Positions 1 to 13,677 of a stretch of 64,000 nt of DNA are shown piece by piece. Source of the stretch: Pseudovirgaria hyperparasitica (lineage: Eukaryota); assembly GCA_010093815.1 (NCBI GenBank), contig ML996575.1. One strand, written 5' to 3'. Within the stretch, counting starts at the first letter, position 1. Every line of letters begins with the position of its first letter. The notes under the pieces are model-generated. The model was not told the origin of the DNA, ran no database searches, and was given only the letters and a program-made list of their open reading frames with translations. Position numbers and translations under genes: made by a program.

Positions 1-3000
1 TCAGATCGCTGAGGACAGAGCTCAGCACGCTTGCCTCGCGCTTGGGTTGCGCGTGCGGAACGGCCAGGGAGGAGGCGTCTGCGGCGTGGGTTGATGGGCT
101 CGGGGGTTCGTCTTCGGGCATGTAGAGGGTGGTGCCGGATGGTGAGAAGGGTGCTGCGTACCAGGGTATGCCGCCGTGGGTGAGGATTCTGAGGTCGTCT
201 GGTTCTGCGTCTGTTTTGTTGTGTGAGGACCCATGGGCGTGAGTAGGAGGACCGGTGGATGTTGAGGGGTGTGTTGAGCCTGAGGCGGATAGGGAGGGTA
301 CAGAGCCGTCTGAGCCAGTCGATGCGGCAGGATCGCCGCCGGCCATGATGGTGTCGAGGTGCTGTTCGGCGGCGATATTGTTGTTGGGGGTCGGGATGGT
401 CTCCTCGGTCTCGCCAAGTTGGAGACGGATTACCGCTTCGTCGGTCGTCTCGTCGTGCTCAGCGTCAGGGTCGTGCATATGACCATTCGCGTGGTTTTTA
501 GAGATCCCGTTGGCGAGAATACCATGTTCGGATCCACGCACACCCTTAGGTTCATGTGCTGCCTCGTTGATTATTTGGTCGACTTCCATCTCTTCACCCT
601 CACTATCAATGTCCATGTCTGCAGCATCATTATTGACCTCGACCGCCACTTCACGAGCGGCTTGTTGCACTTCCGGCGGTCGAGTCATAGCAATCAACGC
701 CGCAAGGTCTGGAAAGTCTTTTCGGTTCCGCACAATGTCTGATTCTTTCCGCGTAACATCGTCCAGCGGCCCCTGGATAGCCTTGATAATGCGCTTGGCC
801 ACGGCCTTTCTCTGCTTTTCCTCCAACGTCAAGGGCCCATCAGCGCCGGGATTGAGTGCGGTGCGGAAGACGTTTGCCAGATCGGGAGTGAAGTCGGCTA
901 CTGTCACGTAGTGACGGCGGTCCATATTCTCCCGGATCTGGTTCAGGCCGTCAGCAAACATGTCTTTACCGTCCATTTGCTGGGCTTTCGCCAAGATAGG
1001 CTCGAGTAAAGGCTGGATGGGGAAGGTTATTAGATCTACCAGTTCCAGTTGCAGTCTCGCATCGAACAGGTTCTTGTCCTCGCGCTCCTTCACTGCCTTC
1101 ACCATCGGTACCAGATGCGCCATGTCTTTCTCGAGAGCTTCAGCAAACTCGATTCGGCGTTGCAGGCGAGGTCCACCGGCTGCGCCCATGCCTGCAAAAT
1201 TTCGCCGTGTGATTTCCATCGAAGAGAACTGCTCCATCTGCAGCTGAAGTCGTTTCAGAAGAGAGGCGCCACGTCGAGCCTCACGTTTCAAGGTCCAGTA
1301 CTTGCAGGCTTCGGCGACAAACTCCTTTCGCCTGCGTGGATTGAAGCGTTGAAGCGCAGTCTCCACGTTATTGAAGACCACTTGGGGTACGACTGGCGCC
1401 CCTGACGGCAGCCGCCACACTTGCTTCTGCGGTACTCCTCGCTTCTTGTTCTGTCCTGTCTCAGGCTCGTCGGCGCCATCATTATGCTGCTGAGTTCGTG
1501 AGGGACCCTGTGCCAGTGCGGCTGCCTGACTGTCTGCCCATCTTCGACCTCTCATCTCCCGGCGATAGAAAGCCACTGCTTCCTCGTAGGCCCATTCAAC
1601 ATCATTGTCTCGTCTCCACTCTGACGTCACGTGTCTGTGACAGAACGCCTTCAACACACTCGCATCCTGTATGCCTGTGCTATGGGCTGACTTCATCTTC
1701 AAGTACAGTCGCGCGCGTCTGGCGCAGGTAACATGAAAGGCTGCGTAACAATTCTTGTTGCCACACTGAATACATGCTCCCATCTTCTGTTGACAGATAT
1801 AACATTGCTACCACGTCATCAGTTTACCGGCACCAGTGAGGAGACATGGACAAGACTCACAAGCTTCCAACGTTGTTTCTGTACCTTCTCAACATCCATG
1901 ACTGGCTCCATGAATGTCGTGTTACCCAGTGAGACTTCTGGTATCCAAATCGCACAGAGAAGATGTGACCATCTCATGTTATTGGTTTGTTTAAACGCGC
2001 CGTCGACATTGGGGCAGAAGATGCAGGTCTAGTGTCTGTTAGCCCCACCACCGGTAGAAACGTGTACATAAATAAGGTTCTTACAGGAGTTGCACGTCCG
2101 ATTAGTTGGCACTTGCGGCAGAGCCACTGTCCTTCCGGTATGAATGGGACGCCGTAACATTCTTGGTGAACGGCGAGGTCACAACCATCGCAGAAGACGA
2201 TTGCGTTGGTGTTTTCGCAGTCGCCGTCGTCACAGATGGCACATTTGGAGTCTTGTTCCTCGCCCTGGCCTGCTATCTCGCCATTGACTGCGGCTGCAGA
2301 ACTAGAGCGTGGACGATGGGTTTGCGGAGGCTTTGGGTTTGGTTTTGGTATTCCTGTTCTCGTTTAGACATACTTCACGTAGTCGGGTCGCTGTTTGACT
2401 TACGCTTCTCCAGCGAATGCCATTCCTTTTCTATTTGCGTCATCGTTATTTCGAAGAGCCAAGGCTTGATGTTTTCGGCTTCTTCTTTTCTTCGCGTCAT
2501 ATTGTGCGCTTCAAGCCATCTTTCGTCCTGCTCATCCATATCGTATTCGACCCGCCCAACTTGTGCAGTCGGACCGTCAATATCGGACTTTGTTGTAACC
2601 GCGAGATCCAGGTCGTCTTCGATTGAACCTTCTGACACGCGTATGAATGTTCGTTCTGGTCGCGCAAATATCTCACTCTCTTGATAGCCGACATGTGCCA
2701 TAGACTTGTCGACATAGTTGACTTGTGCCGCCGGATCCTGCTCGTAGGTAGCGAACGTTTCGACCTGGCGATATACAGGCTTCGGGAGGTTCAAGCGCTC
2801 TTTGGGGTTCTGCGCAGGTATAGGAATTATTCGTGGAGCAGGCGGAGAGCCAAGACCTGTGAGCATATAGTCGGCTCGTCGCGCAGGCCTTCCCGGACGC
2901 CTCTTGTGGGGTGTTCCAGGCGTACCGTTTTTGCCTGCTTGGTACTGGGCGTCGGCATCGTTGTGAAGAGCTTCCTGATGTAGAGTGGGCGATTTCGACA

Positions 3001-3658
3001 GGCTCATCAAGGCAACGTCGACTGCGCCATTTGCTCCATCCTCGTTGAGGCTGTTGTGACCAAAGTTCGGAGCCTTAATCGGAGTACCTGGTTTCGAGAT
3101 GGGCGTGATCAGTCCGTCGACCTCTTCAGCAGTGTACACGGGGAACACAACATCGAGGTCCAGATCAGGATGAAACTCTTCCCATCCGCGCTCCTCGCGC
3201 GGTTTGTATCCGTCGTTCTGAGCCACGGCAGCAGCGGCAGCAGACGCCGAGCTTGACCGAGGCCCATGAGCCAGTTGTTCTTGTTGTTGAGCTAACCTCA
3301 CTTGCCTCTCTCTTTCTCTTCGCGCTCGGTCTCGATCTCGGTCGCGTTGGGTTCTTTCGCGGCGTGGACGGGGGCGAACAGCACTGGCTGTGGGTATGTC
3401 TGAAGTAAGAATGACGCCAGCCTTTTCAGTGTTTGACCTGCCAATCCTCCCTCGTGAGCCGATGTAATTGTATCCACCAGGACCAGTGCCTCCAACAGGT
3501 GTCTCGTTTCCGGTATCTGGATCAAGATACCGGCCGCCGCCACCTGGTCCCCCGGGAACATACTTGAGTTTTTTATTGGGCGGAGCTGTGTCTTCACCAC
3601 CGCGGAGCCGTGTAGGGTTGCGAACGCGTCTTCGAGGCGTGTCTGGAGACGTCGCCAT
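1..3658 (-). CDS. NTO1: NuA3 histone acetyltransferase complex subunit Nto1-like (EPL1 + PHD finger + extended PHD), multi-exon, 3' end beyond the window
   Basis: ATG at 3658. Exon 1 contains the EPL1-type [13 protein letters not shown] motif. After intron 2403-2354 comes the [48 protein letters not shown]. After intron 2084-2029 comes [15 protein letters not shown]...[13 protein letters not shown] and later [14 protein letters not shown]...[10 protein letters not shown] plausible terminal frame ([28 protein letters not shown]) stays open to base 1. Confidence 0.9.
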
Positions 3659-4308
3659 AATTGATCCGTCTGACAACGGCGTCGAATACGATGCGCAGCT
3701 TGCGATTGCGCAGAGGATGTGTCAGATGGGATCTAGGTAGGGGACGCGAAGCTGAAGGCTCTCAGCCGTGGCTAAAGAGCGGACGGGCGCGTCAAGCGTA
3801 TGTAAAGGTGTTCTAGCATCGGTATGCGGTCGGGAGAAGAAGTAATGAAAGACTTTTGCTTCGACATGCAACGCGTATGAATTCTTTCGCACGTCGCGCT
3901 CTCTCAAACTTGACGTCTCCCTTTGCGGTTGCTGCCATATGTGCGCACAGGCCACCTGGCCGCCTCCGATTTGCACTATACCAAGTTCAGAACAAAGGCT
4001 GCAGGGATATTGATGCCTGAGGCAACGAGCGCCATGTCGTCAGCAACGTTGCGAGACATTTCTCACACGACCGTCCTGCGCAACAAGTACAACGACATGT
4101 GATGATGGTCTCAATATGTCAACCTCTTCCATGAGTGCACAATGCAGTTCGAATGTGACCAGCTCTACATCTTGCATATATTTACAATCCGTTGCGCTCT
4201 CCGACCGGCTTCCCTCTCTGTCGGACTGCGTAGTTGAGGTCCGATAAAGGTTCTATCGCCCTGTCATCTTGATATACCAGGCGCACGACACAAGTCCACA
4301 AGGTCACG

Positions 4309-5241
4309 ATGTCAGACTCGGAATTAAGACTGTTTGCACAAGCAGTGTCGCGTGTCCTGGGATGGATCTACTTTGTGTCGTGGAGCTTCAGCTTCTATCC
4401 TCAACCAATACTCAACTGGCAACGCAAGACGACGAGCGGGTTCGCCATAGACTATCCCACGCTCAATATACTAGGATTTACGTCTTACACGATATCCACA
4501 GCGTCGTTTCTGTACAATCCCACGATTCGACAGCAGTATGCATACAGGAACCCGCTGGAGCCGATACCGACAGTGCGATTCAACGATTTTCTCTTCGCGC
4601 TGCATGGGGCGATAATGTGCTTGGTTGCATACAGTCAGTTTTTTCCACGGCTGTGGGGATTCAAGGAGAGTGACCGGCAAAAGGCGAGTCGTGTGGCAGT
4701 GGGCATCGTGATCGGATGCCTTGCTGGCGTGGGCATAGTCATCGCAATTGTGTTGATCAAGGGCAAGGACTTCGGCGAAGACCCGAGCGGCTGGGCGTGG
4801 ATTGAGGTGGTTAGTATAGTAGATGCGCAGCCAAACATAGTGCATGTTGCTGACGGCGCACCAGATGTATGCGATATCGTATGTGAAACTGATTGCGACA
4901 GTGGTCAAATACGTGGTAAGTGTTGAATGCATGCAAGATTCCAGACATGGCTAAGCGTCACGAAGCCGCAGTGCTATATGAATTTCCGTCGCAAGTCTAC
5001 CGTGGGCTTCCACATGGCCGGAATATGGGCGGACTTTATTGGTGGTGTTCTCTCAATCGGACAACTGCTGATCGATGCCTCTCTGGAGTCGGATTGGAGT
5101 GGCATCACCGGGAATCCGGCCAAATTTCTACTGGCCAACATCACAATCGTGTTTGACTTGGTATTTCTTGTCCAGCACCTTGTGTTGTATCATGGTGCCA
5201 GTCCTATGGTGGAGGAAGAGCGAGAGCAACTGCTTGCGTGA
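4309..5241 (+). CDS. ERS1: Cystinosin/ERS1-like lysosomal-vacuolar PQ-loop transporter
   Basis: LGWIYFVSWSFSFYPQPILNWQRKTTSG is the first PQ loop. Model join(4309..4809,4865..4915,4966..5241) restores the second PQ loop KYVPQCYMNFRRKSTVG. Several hydrophobic helices and a C-terminal acidic dileucine EEEREQLL. Confidence 0.9.
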
Positions 5242-7317
5242 ATCTTTCAGACAATTAGAGCACAGCAAATTGAGAGGGGACAGCCAATGGTGGAGAATTT
5301 GTTGAGTTCCCCGCGCCACTCTCGGATGAGACGTTTACCGTCAGCCATATTTGGTGAGTGGTACGTGAAGATGGCAATCCGGGCGAATCGAGAAATCGAC
5401 GGCAGAGTTGCAGCAGTGAATGAATGGAACCCTAACGCGGAGAAGGGATGCGGGATGTGGTTGTGGGGCCCAGTATGGACAAGCGCATTGAAAGAGTGTA
5501 GCGCGACGCAGATGAGTAAAATAGAGGCATCATAGACGAGACAACAAACACGAAAACGATGTGCGCCAAATTCTCGAGATAGTCAGTCGAAGCGAACGCA
5601 GCTCCATATGCGCGCGACAGTGCCTGAAAGCTTCTCCGAGTCACATATTTGTCCTACGAAGTCGAAAAGTGTCGTGATGTAGTAATATACATACAGTACA
5701 GTATAGAGATATGCCGGTCCGCTATAGCGCCAAACAGACAGGGATAATTCCGGTTGGGGGCCAACAAATCGCCAGCGGGATACAGATTGTGGTTGGTCGG
5801 ACTGATAATTAAATGAATTATTTCTCCTCTCTCCACCTGTCAGAGGAGACGGATGTAATGGCTAGCAATAGCCAAAGCGACCTGGACGCTGAGCTTATAC
5901 GTTGGGCTGCTTGGCTGTCGATTTGAAGTTAGATATCAGCCTCTCGAGCTCGACTCGCCTAGTCAAAGACACGACGATGTTGAGTGTCAGACATGATAGA
6001 CTACAGGCAAAGAAGCAAGTCGCAAGTGGTCGTCGGCAACAATGATGGCGAGACATCAGCTGCTACATTCGAGATGAAACCAGTCTTGTATGCAGGCACA
6101 GACACTGATACGCACACGAGAGTCACGACTTCACGGCTTTCCCAATTCATCGACGACTGAAGTCTACTGTCATAATTTCGAGCTCGTAACTCGTAACTCG
6201 TAAGAATACAGAGGTGGTGCGCACTCCTGCAGCGCCCTTGCTGAGGATTCACGACGATTTGAGGCTTGTTCCCTGCAACACGGCACAGACGAGTCTTGCA
6301 GAGCAGAGGGAGTCGGGGCTGTTGTTGATGATCAACGGCACCACCATATCGATGCCGACATTACCTGCGTCTGAAACATGGACTCGTCCCTCGTGGAGAA
6401 GAGGTCGACTAGCTACTACTCCTATCGCTCGTCGTCATCGACATCGACATCGTACTGTACTCGCAATTAGCTTTTGACAGATGACAGCGCCAGCGCCAGC
6501 GCCGTCTGCCGTGATACAGGTACTGTAGTCACTGTGGCTTAATTAGGACATACAGTGGTACTGACTCGTGAAGCAAAGAACCCAATGACACGGTAGAGGG
6601 AATGATAGCTGGACTAAAGAGTGGATCTGGCCCACCGGGAGGAAGAATAGGCCCCTACTATTACACTCAGGCTGTTGGCTGCCCTGACTGCCCGCCGCCC
6701 CCGAAGTGCCTGATAGTTAGTTGACTATTAGTGAGAACTCCCTGCCCCGGTGGCTTCTTTGCTGCCATGGCTCGTCGTCGCCTGGGGCGCTCAATCACAA
6801 TCCATAGTAATAAAACATCACGGCGTCAAACCACCGTTGCCCCTGTCCCCGTCCCTGTCCCTGTCCCTGCTCTGGCCGTGTCTCTCGTAACATATTATTA
6901 TTATGTGTAGATTGTGGCTCGTGGGCAGCGGTGGGTGGAAGAAAGGGAAAAGCAGACGGTACCTGCGTCCATTCCCGGTCCGATTCACACTTCCATCAGT
7001 AATTAGACTTCGTGATGGCCGCAGCAGCACTTCTCTCCCTTCACATCCTTCTCGGGGACCTCTGTCGATAGCGTCGCCTTCCCGTGCGCCGAACGCTGGA
7101 TGCTGAAAGCTGGATGCCAAATGCTAATTGATTGCTGTTGCTGGATGCTGAATGCCGATTGCTGACTGCCGACGACGGCTCATCCGGTAGAGGCCCGCCA
7201 CCGTCCTTCTCCGTCCTATCGTGAGCTTCATTCGAACCGCCAGCCTTCTGGCCTTTTGGCTTTTTGGCTTTCTGCCACTCCGACGTCAGCTTCTCCCTTT
7301 TTTGTTCGCCGCCTTCG

Positions 7318-10300
7318 ATGGATGTGGACTTGGACGCGGATGTAGACGGGGACCATGACTATCATGGCGATCCCTTCACCACCGACGCCATTTTCTCCGA
7401 AAGCAGGGCAGCCGGCGAGCAAGATCTACTAAGTCGTCGCATTGCAAAGCTTATTGCCTCTCGCACTGCGCCTGCTGAGCATTATCTTCGCCCACGGCCG
7501 AATGATATCATTCCCGACTGTCCGGGCTCTTCTGCTCTATACCAGCACCAGCCTCGTCGTCGCTCGCAAATTCATCCCTCTTGGCGGCCCCGATTCACAG
7601 ACGACACCGAGTCTTTGACCAGCTCATTTCGCCCGTCTTCAAGCATCATCACAAACAGTCTATCCAGGTCCCGGTCTGTTAGCCAGGCCTTGGCTTCACA
7701 GTCTAGACCAGGCATACGCTGTGATGAGAGCCCGCATTTCAAGTCGACGCTGAGCCTGCGCACCACACAACAACAATTATCATTACTCCACCCAGACCAG
7801 CCGAGACTTGATAGTTCCACGGTACGTTAAAACTAAAGCCCGACCCCCGCTCTATTCTCCTTGTGGTAATCCTGAATGCACCTCCCTATCCTTGGCTTCC
7901 ACCCTCTATCCCCCTTCGCCTGCACTTCAACGCCCTACCAGTCCATGCAGTTCAACTACTGCAGCGCCTCCACCTGCCTCCACAGTACTGCCTTGCCGTC
8001 TGTAACACTAGGCTTAGTCTGGTATTGTGACCCACTGGGGCTTCATCCTACTCTAGCTCTCGCTCTAGCATCGCCATCTCCATCTTCTCTCACCACAGTT
8101 ATTTGGGCTCTACCCCTAGGCGTCAATTTGACAGCTACTGACACTGGCGATCCCCCCATCAATCGCGATGCGCTGTTGTGTAGTAATCACATGTTGAGCC
8201 ATCGTATCCGCTTCTACCAATAACTTGTACCGTTCCTGGACTTCTGCATCATTATACCAATAACGTCGGCGGTTTGACTTTAGCTCTCACTAACCCTCCT
8301 CACAGACCATGCTCCCAACTATGGTTGAGAGAAAATCACCCATTGGCCGTGGCCGTGACGTAAATACTTCCGGTGTGGACCTTTCTCCTCGTGGTATTCA
8401 TATACCCTCTAGGACCAGGTAACTTTCATTCCTTTTTGACAATCTTCACACTTTTCGCAATGGCTGACGATCAACAACATAGCTCCAGGCCGTACAGGCC
8501 TCACCGCCGCATCGCATCTCCATCGCGCCAGCGACGGGATCTGAGTCCATCCGTGGGAGGTTCTACAGAAGATCGTGCCGTGGCGAGCTCTGCTGCTTCT
8601 ATGGCTTCGTACGACTCACCACCTTCCTCAGTCGAGCCTGGTGCCCTCTATGACAGGGGGCCCTCTGAAGCTCATGAGAAGCTTCACCCTCTCACCGAGG
8701 ACAACCCAGATTCGTTCGACCTGCTGTCTCCTGATGCGAACTTGAGAAGCAGCAAGTCGTACTCGCTCGAGGAACGATCCGAGTTGATGTTCTCGAGAAA
8801 GCATCTGCAAGCCATCTTCCAGGATCCCCATCAACTTCACCGGTTCACGGCTTTTCTCACCTCCTCACGTCCAAAGTCGATCCCGTTGCTGATATATTAT
8901 CTGGATGCCCTCAAGGCACTGCGCGCCATCAATTATGCCAATGCTGTTGCAGAAGCTCTTGATCCCATAGAGAATCTTGCCTTTACCGAGCATGCCGCCC
9001 GTCCAACGATGAATGGTGTGTTGGAGGAGAAGGCATCAGCTGCTTTTGACGTACTAGTCTGTGAAGACTTGCCTGCTTTCATTACTCATGTATATATCAA
9101 GATCGCGAGCCGAGCCATCACCCAGAGAGTTACTGGTAATCTACCAAAAGGCTCACAAGAGGCCGAGGGTCTGGCGGAAGTGTTCTGCTTCACTGACGTC
9201 TCGCGCCCTGACAATCCCATCATCTTTGCTTCTGAGGGTACGTACTCGATCCGGCATGAGATAAGATGCTCAGACACATGCTAACATGCCTAGAATTCCA
9301 TCGCACCACGCAGTATGGGGTAAATTATGCAATTGGTCGCAACTGCCGCTTCTTGCAAGGTCCTTGCACCAACCGCGACAGTATTCGTCGAGTTCGCACC
9401 GCTGTTGAGACCGGACAGGAAATCAGCGAGGTTTTCCTAAATTACCGCCGGGATGGCTCTCCGTTCATGAACATGCTCATGATGGCGCCACTGTACGATA
9501 GTCGTGGTACTCTCCGGTATTTCATAGGCGCCCAAATCGACATCAGTGGCCTAGTCAAGGAATGTGTCGACCTCGAAGCGCTCCAGAAGATTGTCGCCAC
9601 GAAAGACAAAGACGCTCCACCCCAGGATCCAGAGCCGACGAAAGACGAGTTCCAGGAGCTGGCTGAAATGCTCAACTATGCAGAGCTCGATTGTGTCCGC
9701 AAGCACGGCGGTCGAATGCACCGTGATGACGAGTATGAATCAGAGAATGAGACTCGCCATCGCATCGGTCGCGATAGACGCCCTCGCATGCATCTCCGCG
9801 ACTCTGCCGACTCCGCCGACGAAAGGACGAAGGCGGAGTCTATTCCCAAAACTATCAATGGTCGTCTCCAAGGCGTATACCAGCACTACCTTCTCCTCCG
9901 TCCTGCTCCCTCACTCCGCATCCTCTTCACCTCGCCTTCTCTACGCATCCCCGGCATTCTACAATCCCCATTCGTCGATCGGATAGGCGGCAGCGCCCGC
10001 GTGCGCGCCGGTCTCACCGCAGCCCTATCCGAGGGCCAAGGCGTAACCGCGAAAGTGAAATGGCTAACCAACCCACGAAACTCAGACGAAGAGGGCCGCA
10101 CGCGCTGGATCCACGCGACGCCCTTGCTCGACGCGAACGGCAAAGTAGGCGTGTGGATGGTGCTGCTTGTCGACGAAGCAACCGAGCAATACGTCCAGCG
10201 CAGAAAGTTCCGCGTCGCCCCGCCCGTCGAGCAATTCTCCTCCCAGTCCTATCACCACGAGGACGTGGAAACCACAGCGCGCCCGAGCACACGGAACGTG

Positions 10301-10849
10301 CCGGAGACAGATTCGATCGTCATGCGCAGCGTGCCGACAAGCGGCCGCCACAGCACCGATGACGAGGGCCCGCATGGCAAGTTCCTGGAAGACGACGAGT
10401 ATGACAGCGCGCCGGGCCCGCAAGTCCGGAACGTTGCGCGCAAACAGCCACGCGTCATTATGAATAGCATATCCGGGGGTCCAGGACCAGGTTCGTACCA
10501 GCAGCGGCAGCAGCAACACCACTACCAGAACGGCCTCAACTCACACCCGACCCCATCCCGTCCATCATCAAGGAACTCACGCCAAGACCGTTCTCGAGCC
10601 AATTCCTCACTCCCTCCACCGTCGCCCGCCGTGAACCACGTCCGCATCTCGAGCCCGGCCATAACGCCGCCGCAATCGCCCAAGGATAAGCGCAACTTTA
10701 TCAAGCTCGGCATGTCTCAGGCCGCGAATATGATTGGTCGACGCAGCAATGGGCAGGCGAATGGGCATGATGCGCGCGATAGTCACGATAGTCACGATGT
10801 CAGTGGGAACGCGATTGGCAATGGGAGTGTCGACAGCGTTGCTTTGTAA
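7318..10849 (+). CDS. RGS-LOV-PAS-like blue-light photoreceptor (BcLOV4-like architecture)
   Basis: LOV signature AEVFCFTDVSRPDNPIIFASE|EFHRTTQYGVNYAIGRNCRFLQGP...NYRRDGSPFMNML...YFIGAQID across intron 9238-9293, with photoactive Cys and Gln intact. A helical RGS-like region precedes it and a PAS-like region (RWIHATPLLDANGKVGVWMVLL) follows. Core 8483-10849 is secure; upstream exons 7318-7821 and 8306-8418 are inferred; ATG 8460 or 8309 are alternative starts. Confidence 0.85.
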
Positions 10850-11826
10850 GATCTGATTTTGGGAGCCTTCTTGGGTCGTCGTTGTTGGAGCAGAGCTTTG
10901 ATACACGATCTGCGGTCTCGAGGGACGTGGTGGAACGCATCAGGAAAGCAAGAATTGTCTCCTACAAACACACATACATACATACATTTAAGCGAGCATA
11001 TACGAAACGCGGCACGGCACGGGACTGGAGGCGCATGTACGAATGGACACAGAGACGGCAGCGGGCGGCATTTTCCTTTATTTGTACGACTAGACGTGGA
11101 CTCGGCGCTTTTCCTGGCCCCTTTTCTTTGTCTTTGTTTTTGTTTCTTTGGTTCTTTACTTTTTTCTGTACGTTTACGATATCCATCCATCATCCCATGT
11201 GTTGGTGGCTGGCTGGGTGGCTGGCTAACTGGCTAGCTGGCTGGACTCGGCTATTTGGCTGGTTGGCTGGACGGCTGGATACACAAAAAGAGAGGATGAA
11301 GGATGTGAATATATATTATGTCGCTTCTGGATAGAGACGTGATAGTGCTTGTGCTCGCTCTGCATTGTCTGTGAAATTGGCATTGAATCTAGGACGCTAG
11401 TGTGTAGCTTGTGCGCGTTAACACTCGCTATATATATATTAAACACCTCCACATCGTATCTACTATGTATATGTATGTATATGTATATGTATATGTATAT
11501 ACATCTAATCCTCCTTTCCAATTCTACTCTCCGTAGTTCTACCTTCCATTGAATGAACTATCGGCCTATAGACTATGGGCTACTCTACCGCTCTACTTTT
11601 GAGCTTACTAGCATGCTATTCTTACTTTTCTAATGATCTACATCGCGACACGTTCTGATCCGTCCGATATCTTTGAGACTCCTCGTGTGTATGTCTTGTT
11701 CTTCAACGAAGAAGGACAATAAAATGGAGTGTTGTTCTTAGAATATATGGTAGGAGTGAACGTGATGGGTTGGTAATTTGTTGTCTTATTTATTTTATTC
11801 TATCTGGTGATGTTTGTCGTTTTCGG

Positions 11827-11952
11827 TCTCTTCCTTCTCTTCCTTCTCTTCCTTCTCTTCCTTCTCTTCCTTCTCTTCCTTCTCNNNNNNNNNNTCTCTT
11901 CCTTCTCTTCCTTCTCTTCCTTCTCTTCCTTCTCTTCCTTCTCTTCCTTCTC
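11827..11952. repeat. (TCTCTTCCT)n 9-bp microsatellite containing an assembly gap (N at 11885-11894)
   Basis: Perfect 9-mer array on both sides of 10 Ns. Confidence 0.95.
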
Positions 11953-12629
11953 ATAGTATCCGTCTTTTTCATTTGAATAGCCGTTGGTTCATAGGATAAT
12001 ATCCGATGTCGTCCTGAGGCACGAGGAGGGTGCGTGATTCGTGTGGTTCGCGTGTTTGATGCTTGACGAGCTGGCAAGGTTTGTGAGGCTTGAGGGCTAT
12101 AATAAGCGCATCAGTATGGATATATAACCGCCTTCTCCATGTTTTCCTCTTACGTTCTACCATTATGATCTCTCGTACGAGTCTGTGTGTTATCCTGGCC
12201 TCTAATTCTCACTTCTCATGTCTTGCTGCGGCTTGCTGTGGTATGTTGGAATGCGGAATAGGTGTATGATATGTGCTTCACGGGTGTGAGGGACCTGTGA
12301 GAACTGTAGTGGTGCGTGACTTCGTTCATACAGCTTCTCTCCATTGAGGGAGTTGTGGTACTCTTCTTCTTCCGTCTCTTCTCCTTCTCTTCCATCCCCT
12401 CCTCATGACCCCGTAATCACATAGAGTGTTATATATCCCAACACAAACCTCCTAGCCTCCGAAGCGCACGGCTCGTAATCTCCCTAGCTCATAGCTTCTG
12501 ACTCGTCTTTGTACCACGCGGCCGATGTGCTGTTTGTATCTGTATATGCTAATCTTAGCGTTGTCGACAGGTCGTATACGTTTTGAGAGGTAGGGTCGAA
12601 GAGTCCAGGAGGTCTGGCGGTACTGGATT

Positions 12630-12728
12630 CGAAGGCTTGGAGGTTTGAAGGCTTGAAGGTTTGGAGGCTTGGAGCTTTGTAGCTTTGGAGGCTTGGAGCT
12701 TTGTAGCTTTGGAGGCTTGGAGCTTTGT
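12630..12728. repeat. Short degenerate tandem repeat (GGCTTGGA/GGTTTGAA 8-mers and a longer GGAGGCTTGGAGCTTTGTAGCTTT unit)
   Basis: Directly visible tandem units. Confidence 0.8.
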
Positions 12729-13677
12729 GCTGTGTTTGTGTCTGGAGTTTGCGTCAGCGTGATGTTCTGCTTATCCTTGGGCCATCATTAGGGATGGAGG
12801 CTCTTGTGCCCGTGAAATCGATGCTGTTCTGCGCTCCCGAGCATCTACGGCTCTTTCTGTCAAGTGATGTATGTGAGGCTCAGTGATTCAGAGGGAGCGT
12901 ATAGGTTTGATAGGGACGGCGGAGCTCCCATTTTGTCATGATTGGTTTGTAGGCTTAGAGTATCGAATTGCGGAGTATTAAGAGCGTTTCAGGGAGTGTG
13001 GGTTTGTAAGGGAGGCCAACTAAGTAACAAAGTGTGGGATGGTGTTTTTTTGTCCATGACACCTCATGATTCCTTTGGTCCTAGACGGATCTGTGAGCTT
13101 GAGGCTTCGTTTCAGGGAGTATTGAGATTGGTTCATGGATTATCAAGATTGTTTCAAGGAGTGTTGGTTCGTTAGGGAGAGGAGAGTGTGGGACAGTGTT
13201 TGCTTCCGGCCATGACGTATTTCGTTGTGGACGTGACTAAGGTTGTCACTTTAGTTTGAGGAGAGTGTCGGATGGTGTTTGTTCTCGGCGATGACTTCCT
13301 TCATTCTAGACAGTTTGTGAGCTCAAGATCTTGACAAGCGTGTAAGGGAGGTCGTTATAAGGGATCTGGATCTTCAAGTTCCAGTTATTGGACGCGTGTT
13401 AGGCGCCAAGGTTTGTATTAGGAGTTGTATAGGTTCGAGATGCTGCGGTGGCGAAGCTACGCTCTGGTCCTAGGCTGATCTATGAGCTTGAGGCTTCTTT
13501 CCATCTCTTAGATAGAGTCTGGGTAGTCCCAATCTACCCGTCCCACGTACTTCGGAGTTGTAACCTCGGAATGGCTAGATATTGGGGTAAGGGGTGCTGG
13601 GATGAACATGGAAAGGAGCGCTTGGGAGGGTATTAGATCTTACGTGTGGTAGTTTGTGATATGTACACTGCTTCAAC

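Noticed and set aside
22..3740. Plus-strand and alternative-frame ORFs over NTO1, including 22..417
   Set aside because: Shadows of the minus-strand NTO1 CDS, whose likely frame stays open past base 1.
5290..7260. Short ORFs between ERS1 and the LOV gene
   Set aside because: No recognisable motifs, with simple repeats typical of promoter or UTR DNA.
11770..12077. ORFs with KRR/EGR/SLP/LF repeats
   Set aside because: Translations of the 9-bp microsatellite that span the N gap.
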